From an uncultured bacterium (GTDB taxonomy: Bacteria > Actinomycetota > Acidimicrobiia > Spongiisociales > UBA5794): a DNA stretch of 64,000 nt. Positions 58,092 to 64,000 of this stretch are shown here, in pieces. The DNA is taken from assembly GCA_963801165.1 (NCBI GenBank), contig CAWDDT010000011.1, positions 460,212 through 524,211 of the forward strand, in the 5' to 3' direction. Made by a program: the position numbers and the translations under genes. The notes under the pieces are model-generated. The model ran no database searches and was not told the origin of the DNA. It worked only from the letters and a program-made list of their open reading frames with translations. The number at the start of each line of letters is the position of its first letter. Position 1 is the stretch's first letter.

Positions 58092-59234
58092 CTAACCGAG
58101 CTCGTACGTTTTCAGTGCGGCCGCATAGGCGAGCAGGAACCGTGACGCCAGTGCCCCATCGATGATCCTGTGGTCGAAGGACAGGGACACCGGGAACACC
58201 TTTGCGATGGCGATGGCTCCGTCCCTCACGATCACGTCATCCTCCGCCCGACCCACCGAGACGATGGCGGTGGTGCCGTAGGGAATGATCGGCGTCCCGA
58301 AACCACCACCGACCGCCCCCACATTCGACACGGTGAAGGTGCCCCCGCTCAGCTCGCCGAGACCAAGGGTGCGCTCCCGCGCCCCCCCGGCGAGCCGCTC
58401 GATCTCGACGGTCAGCTCGCGGAGGTTCATGGTCTCGGCGTTGCGGACCACGGGCACCATCAGCCCGGCGTCGGTAGCCATGGCGACACCGACGTGCGCT
58501 CCCTCTGATTTGTGGAGGTGCACTCCGTCAAAGGTGGCGTTGAACTCGGGGAGCTCGGCGAGCACGGGAACCACCGCCTTGACCAGGATCGCCTCGAGCA
58601 ACAACCCGGTCTCGGCACGAGCGGCCAAAACGCTGGTGGCGTCAACCGACCTCCACACGGTCACGTGCGGGATCTCAGTCCACGACCGGGTGAGGTTGCG
58701 GGCGATGGTCCGCCGCAGCGCCGACAGCGTCTCGCCCTCGAAGGCGCTTGTGGCTGCCGGTTGTGATTCCCCGGCAGAGGGCTCCCGGGCCGCCTTCTCC
58801 ACATCGGTTCGGGTGATCTTGCCGCCCGGTCCGGTGCCTGCCACCGCGGCGAGGTCAACGCCGAGCTCGCGCGCCCGCTTGCGCACTATGGGCATCGCCC
58901 TGGCTGTGGCGGTGCCCGGTGCCGTTGCAGCGGGCACCACGGGCGACGCCTCCGGAGGAGCAGAGGCCGCCGGCTGCTCCGGCTCCCAGCTCTCGTCTTC
59001 GTCTCCGATCACCGCCAGCAGGTCACCCACGTGGAGCGTTGCGCCGGGTTCTCCGCCGATATGCAGCAGCGACCCGGACCGCGGCGAAGGGATCTCGACC
59101 ACTGCCTTGTCGGTCTCGACCTCGACGAGTGGCTGGTTGGCGGCCACGGTGTCCCCGACCCTGGCCATCCAGCTCACCACCTCCGCCTCAGTGAGACCCT
59201 CTCCGATGTCGGGCAGCTTCAGCTCGTACGCCAT
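58092..59234 (-). CDS. Dihydrolipoamide acyltransferase (E2) of a 2-oxoacid dehydrogenase complex
   Basis: LPDIGEGLTEAE, VETDKA lipoyl site, GTGPGGKITR.DV, FDHRIIDG. Confidence 0.95.
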   Translation of the reverse strand: MAYELKLPDIGEGLTEAEVVSWMARVGDTVAANQPLVEVETDKAVVEIPSPRSGSLLHIGGEPGATLHVGDLLAVIGDEDESWEPEQPAASAPPEASPVVPAATAPGTATARAMPIVRKRARELGVDLAAVAGTGPGGKITRTDVEKAAREPSAGESQPAATSAFEGETLSALRRTIARNLTRSWTEIPHVTVWRSVDATSVLAARAETGLLLEAILVKAVVPVLAELPEFNATFDGVHLHKSEGAHVGVAMATDAGLMVPVVRNAETMNLRELTVEIERLAGGARERTLGLGELSGGTFTVSNVGAVGGGFGTPIIPYGTTAIVSVGRAEDDVIVRDGAIAIAKVFPVSLSFDHRIIDGALASRFLLAYAAALKTYELG

Positions 59235-61343
59235 CAGCCGGCCATCATTTCCCGGATCGCGCTGACGATCTGCCTCTCGTTGAGCAGAGCGTGCTTCTCG
59301 ATGTGGAACTGCGGCCACGGTGCGTCGGTAGCGGCGACCCGGCGGACGGGCGTCTCGAGTGAGTACCCGCAGAGTTCCCCGACAGTCGCTGCGATCTCGG
59401 CTCCGATACCGCCGGTGCGCTGTGGCTCCTGCACCACCAGCAACCGGCCGGTCTTCTCCACCGAGGCAACGACGGTCTCGACGTCCCACGGATACAACGT
59501 GCGCAGATCGATCACTTCCGGGTCGATACCCTCGCCTGCGACCTCGTCGGCTGCCCGCAGGGTCACTGGCACCATGCCGCCGTAGGTGACAATCGTCAGC
59601 CCGGAGCCCGGGCGCCGGATGCGCGCTTTGCCGAGCGGGATTGTGTAGTGCCCGGTCGGCACTGCCTCTCGTTCGGAGCGGTACAAAACCTTCGGTTCGA
59701 GAAACACCACAGGATCGGGCGACTCGAGGGCGGCCGCCATGAGACCCTTGGCATCCCACGGTGTCGCGGGCACGACGACGACCAGACCGGGAGCGTGCAC
59801 GAAGTACGCCTCCGGGCTGTCGCAGTGATGCTCGTGGGCGCCGATCCCGGCCCCGTTGGGGAACCGCAACACCACGGGCACCGTGGCGTGGCCCCGGCTC
59901 CTGAAGCGGATCCGGCCGAGATGGCTGGCGATCTGGTCGAACGCCGGGTAGGAAAAACCCTCAAACTGTATCTCGGCGATGGCCCGGCTCCCGCTGACAG
60001 CCATTCCGATGGCGGTGCCGAGAATGCCGGATTCGTTCAGCGGAGTATCGATCACTCGATCGGCCCCGAAAGCCGTCTGCAGCCCGGCGGTTAGCCGGAA
60101 GACACCGCCTGCGACGCCGACGTCCTCACCGAGAACGATGAGGTTGGGGTCGCTCTCCATGGCATCGTGCATGGCGGCGTTGATTGCTTCTGCCATCGTC
60201 CACTGCTCGGCTGACCCCGTCGGCTGGGGATCGTCGCCTACGGTCCACAGTTCGTCGGGCTCGAACGCTGTCGGGGTCTCTCCGGCCAGCCGCTGTAGAT
60301 CGTGAAGTTGATCGACTAGCAAGCGACGGGATCCGGCTGTACGCGTGGCGAACGATGTCGTCGCGACCAACGTCTTGTTGACGTTCCAGCCTGTCTAGCG
60401 AGGCATCGAACTCGGATCCGCTCTCGGTTAGCAGCTCGCTTTCCTGCTCCTCGTCCCACAGACCGCGCCGTTCGAGGAACCGGCGCATCCGCAGCAGCGG
60501 ATCCCGGGGACGCCACAGGTCGACTTCCGCCTCGTCACGGTAGAGCGTCGGGTCATCTGCGGTTGCGTGCGGGCCGTAGCGGTAGCAGATGGCCTCGACC
60601 AGGGTGGGGCCGTCGCCGCTGCGGGCGCGGGCAATGGCGTCCCTGGTCACCTGATAGACGGCGAGCACATCCATACCGTCGACCTGCACTCCCTCGATGC
60701 CGTAGGCGATCGCCTTCTGGGCAATCGACTCTGCGGCGGTCTGCTTGGCGTAGGGCACCGAGATGGCGTACCCGTTGTTGGAGCACACGAAGACCGTCGG
60801 CGTCTTCCATACGCCGGCGAAGTTGAGGCCCGAGTGGAAGTCGTTCTCCGATGTGGCGCCGTCCCCGAAGTAGGTGCCGGTGACCACGTTCTCGCCACGC
60901 AGGCGGGAAGCGTAGGCGTGCCCCACAGCGTGGGGGATCTGGCTGGCGATGGGGACGGTGATGGTCATCATCCGGTACCGGTCGACGTCCCAGTCTGTGT
61001 TGGGGTGACCACGCCAGTAGCTCAGGATCACGTCGTATGGCATGCCAAACGCCAGCTGGACCCCGTGCTCCCGATAGCCGGGGTAGATGAAGTCCGCGGG
61101 CCCGAAAGCAAGAGCCGATCCGATCTGAATCGCCTCATGGCCCTCCAGCATGGCGTAGGTACCGACCCTTCCTTGCCGCTGGGCGGCTACCGCCCGTCTG
61201 TCGAAGTCACGGCTGATCACCATGAGCCGGTACATCTCGACGAGCTCCTTGCTGTCGAGATCCGGGCTCGGTCCCACCAGCTCGCCGTCCGCCGACAGAA
61301 TCCGCAGCGGTTCACCCACCGTGTAGGAAACATTCGAACCCAT
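59234..61343 (-). CDS. 2-oxoacid dehydrogenase E1, alpha-beta fusion, frameshifted near 60321-60330
   Basis: Alpha: GDGATSE.DF...N, NN.YAISVP, YRYGPHATADDP..YR. Beta: GEDVG..GGVFR, DTPLNE, EIQF.GF, EHH. The alpha tail, linker and beta share one frame after the shift. Confidence 0.85.
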
Positions 61344-61460
61344 GTGAGTGCTCCTCCTATACACTTTGTCCGGGAATTAGACCGATCAGATATACAAACT
61401 GACGCAGTATCCGCGATGTAGTCTACAAACTCGCAAGCCAGATGGGCAGAGAGAATACGG

Positions 61461-61952
61461 ATGATCGACGCGCTCGACGGAAAGCTGATCACGGCTCTGA
61501 GTGAGACCCCACGGATCGGGATCCAGGAGCTGTCGAACCGTCTGGGCATCACCAGGGCGACGGTCTACTCCCGACTCGAGAAGCTGGAGGCCTCGGGGCT
61601 GCTGCGCGGGTTCGGGTCGGACATCGACGTGAGCCTCCTAGGCTACGGCGTCACCGCGTTCATCACTATCGAGCTGGAACAGGGTCGCTTCAACGATGTC
61701 GTCCCGGCCCTCGATGCTATGCCCCAGGTGGTCGAGGCGCACGCCATGGCAGGTGAGGGCGACATCATCTGCCGCGTTGCCGCAAGGAGCAACGACCACC
61801 TCATGGAGATCGTGCAAGCGATCCTGAGCACCCCCGGCGTGCGTCGGTCCCGCACTGCCATTTCACTAGAGCAGTTCATCCGGCATCGCACCCTCCCGCT
61901 GGTGCAGCACGTCAGCGGGATGGAACCCGCTCCGGCTCAGCCCGAGGTCTGA
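61461..61952 (+). CDS. Lrp/AsnC family regulator (BkdR-like), divergent from E1-E2
   Basis: ID.LD..L, LG..RATV..RL..LE..G HTH, EAH...GEGD, GV.RS.T.I.L. Confidence 0.92.
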   Translation: MIDALDGKLITALSETPRIGIQELSNRLGITRATVYSRLEKLEASGLLRGFGSDIDVSLLGYGVTAFITIELEQGRFNDVVPALDAMPQVVEAHAMAGEGDIICRVAARSNDHLMEIVQAILSTPGVRRSRTAISLEQFIRHRTLPLVQHVSGMEPAPAQPEV

Positions 61953-63010
61953 TCGAGCGCGGCCAGAAACCGCTCGATCTCGGAAGGCGCGCCGACGGTG
62001 ACCCGCAGGTACTGGCCCATGGGTCGCACGATGACGCCCTGTCGAAGCAGCGCATCCCCCATCGCCGCCGCATCCGTTGCGGGGCGGAGCAGAACGAAGT
62101 TTGTCTGGCTGGGCACATAGTCGAGGCCGCGATCGGCCAGCCCCTTCTCCAACTGCTCACGAGCCAAGGCGTTGTCGGCAACCCGGCGCCGCAACTCGTC
62201 GCGGCTCGACAGCGCAGCAAGGGCTGCCGCCTGGGCCACCGAGTTGACCGAGAACGGGACCTGGGCACGCCTCAGCTTGTTCAAGGTATCCGGCCGACCG
62301 ACTGCATAGCCGACCCGCAGCCCGGCCAGGCCGTAGACCTTGGAGAAGGTCCTGGTGACGACCACGTTGTCGCGCTGCAACGCCAGCGGGATGCAGCTTG
62401 CGTAGTCATCTGCCGTCACCAACTCGAAGTACGCCTCATCGACCACGACCAGGACCCGATCCGGCACGGCCTCGACAAAGGCGGTCACATTCGGGCCGGG
62501 CAGATACGTTGCGGTCGGGTTGTTTGGGTTGCACACGAGGACGAGGGTCGTGTCGGACCGGACCGCCGCCAGCATCGCATCGAGGTCGTGACCGAGTCCG
62601 GATGTCGCAGGCACGACGATCGGGCTCGCCCCACTGATCGCCGCTGCGATGGGGTACATGACAAACGACGGGTCGGCGAATACGAAGCTGGTACCGGGAC
62701 CACCCACCGCCAGCGACAGTGCCAGCAGCAGCTCGGTGCTACCCGCACCCATCCACAGGTGGTCGGCAGGTACGTCGAGATGCCGCGCCAGGGCCTCGAC
62801 CAGGTAGTAGACCGAGTTCTCGGGGTATCGGTTGAGATCGTGAACCACGGCGGCGATCGCCTCGATCACGCTGGGAAACGGGGACAGGGGCCATTCATTG
62901 GAGGCAAGCTTCACAATGTCGGTGATCCCGAGCGCGCGCGACACCTCATCGATCGGCTTGCCGGGCTTGTACACGGGAATCCGGTCCAGGTCTCCACGAA
63001 ACGTTGGCAT
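61937..63010 (-). CDS. hisC: Histidinol-phosphate/aromatic aminotransferase (HisC/Pat family)
   Basis: Y.PGK, KLASNE.P, NRYP, CNPNNPT, DEAY.E, RTFSKVYGLAGLRVGY, RVTVG. Confidence 0.88.
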   Translation of the reverse strand: MPTFRGDLDRIPVYKPGKPIDEVSRALGITDIVKLASNEWPLSPFPSVIEAIAAVVHDLNRYPENSVYYLVEALARHLDVPADHLWMGAGSTELLLALSLAVGGPGTSFVFADPSFVMYPIAAAISGASPIVVPATSGLGHDLDAMLAAVRSDTTLVLVCNPNNPTATYLPGPNVTAFVEAVPDRVLVVVDEAYFELVTADDYASCIPLALQRDNVVVTRTFSKVYGLAGLRVGYAVGRPDTLNKLRRAQVPFSVNSVAQAAALAALSSRDELRRRVADNALAREQLEKGLADRGLDYVPSQTNFVLLRPATDAAAMGDALLRQGVIVRPMGQYLRVTVGAPSEIERFLAALDQTSG

Positions 63011-63092
63011 GTGCACCCCTATCGGTTACATGGGTCAAGCCTACCGATGGATGCGACTCGAGGTTCGATACCGCCCCACGGCGGTCGAGAGG

Positions 63093-63890
63093 TCAGATCA
63101 GCCCGGCCCCATGAAGGACAGCGATGGTGCCGCTGGTGACGGCAGCGAATCCCCAAATGGCCACGAGCGCCCCCCGCCGGCTCCTAACCGCCACGGGCAT
63201 CGCCGGCTCATCAACCTCGGCAATTCCGGCTTCCTCCGGCTCTTCGACATCGCCGGTCACATCCGGTTCCCGGACAGGTTTGGTCACGACGGCTACCGGC
63301 TCGTCGGCCGATCCGAAACGGCTCGCCAGACCGGGCCCTCTCTTCGGCTCCACCGGCGGCACCGAGGCGTCGCGTGCCAGCTCTTCAGCGAGCGCCGAAT
63401 TGAGGTCGTCGAACGAGGTCACCCGGGGACGATGAGAACCGTCCCGGTCCTTGCCGACGGCGATGAGCGAACCATCGAGGGCGACGGGACGCGTCTTGGT
63501 CACCGATGGCGGTGCCGACGGCCGATCTTCGACAGGCCGGGTCACCGGTTTCTGTTTGGGATCGTTTGCGGACACGTCGTTTGCGGACACGTCGTTTGCG
63601 GATAGGTCGTCATCATCGGGAAAGTCGACGACCTCTTCCGGACCTGCGTAGCCTTCGAGCATCTCGCTGTCGACAGCCCCAATCAGATCGCGCACCCGGG
63701 TGCGCTCCGGCGGTGGCACCGATGCCGGCCGGGCCACGACGGTCTGCGACGTTTGCCTCGGCGGGTCGGCGACCAGTGCGGAGTTGGAAGTGGAAGTGCC
63801 GCCATTCATCAGCCGGTCCATGCGAGCCCGGAGATCATCGATCTGACTGGCCAGCTCTTCGTCGTTCGACCCGGATGCGTCATCCGGCAT
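63093..63890 (-). CDS. Hypothetical protein: N-terminal coiled coil, disordered acidic/Pro-rich region, C-terminal TM
   Basis: LASQIDDLRARMDRL; AGGAG RBS; hydrophobic tail; internal SANDV repeat. Confidence 0.7.
   Translation of the reverse strand: MPDDASGSNDEELASQIDDLRARMDRLMNGGTSTSNSALVADPPRQTSQTVVARPASVPPPERTRVRDLIGAVDSEMLEGYAGPEEVVDFPDDDDLSANDVSANDVSANDPKQKPVTRPVEDRPSAPPSVTKTRPVALDGSLIAVGKDRDGSHRPRVTSFDDLNSALAEELARDASVPPVEPKRGPGLASRFGSADEPVAVVTKPVREPDVTGDVEEPEEAGIAEVDEPAMPVAVRSRRGALVAIWGFAAVTSGTIAVLHGAGLI
63562..63602. repeat. 15-bp tandem repeat TCGTTTGCGGACACG, about 2.7 copies (SANDV)
   Basis: Seen directly; in frame in 63093..63890. Confidence 0.85.
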
Positions 63891-63944
63891 GAGGATCTCC
63901 TGCTACTGCACCTGAGGTGTCATCTACACCCAATTCACAGCGTC

Positions 63945-63971
63945 TTCGGCACAATCACCCGCGATCTTGAG
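63945..63971 (-). promoter_or_regulatory. FliA/WhiG-like promoter CTCAAG-N15-GCCGAA
   Basis: Minus strand CTCAAG-ATCGCGGGTGATTGT-GCCGAA, about 55 bp upstream of the 63890 start. Confidence 0.5.
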
Positions 63972-64000
63972 TCCTGAAACTACCCACAGTGTGAATCCCA

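Overview
High-GC actinobacterial chromosome segment, most consistent with an Acidimicrobiia-like genome (Bpa proteasome activator ending GQYL, WhiB, F420 PPOX protein, GCNPP..FCP..VTRGQMA SLH-like repeats); the taxonomy is an inference. The first 18 kb is a flagellar/chemotaxis region. It holds flgB-flgC-fliE and cheC-cheD-comFB on the minus strand, then fliM-fliY-cheY-cheW-cheB-cheR-cheA, a degenerate REC/GGDEF/HD-GYP gene and a soluble kinase on the plus strand, followed by murI-macro, pheA, a minimal flagellin and a TPR glycosyltransferase. The rest is mostly housekeeping, transport and regulation (PadR-ABC, nhaA, polX, ppdK-like, whiB, ctaA, ECF42 module, deoD, dpaL, bkd-like cluster, hisC/pat). 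The main result is a regulatory circuit readable in the DNA. One motif, CTT-N17-GYCGAC (sigma-28-like), lies at identical spacing upstream of all five flagellar transcription units and of a distant hybrid kinase. CsrA-type GGA hairpins sit in the flagellin and flgB leaders. Two candidate cyclic-dinucleotide receptors (ComFB and a catalytically dead GGDEF/HD-GYP protein) are embedded in a Bacillus-type CheC/CheD/FliY chemotaxis cluster. Other notable items are a MurI-macrodomain fusion, a PPDK with a degenerate ATP-grasp domain, a fused E1 alpha-beta gene and several 15-20 bp tandem duplications. Three +1 homopolymer frameshifts may be sequencing errors. No rRNA, tRNA, CRISPR array or mobile element was recognised.
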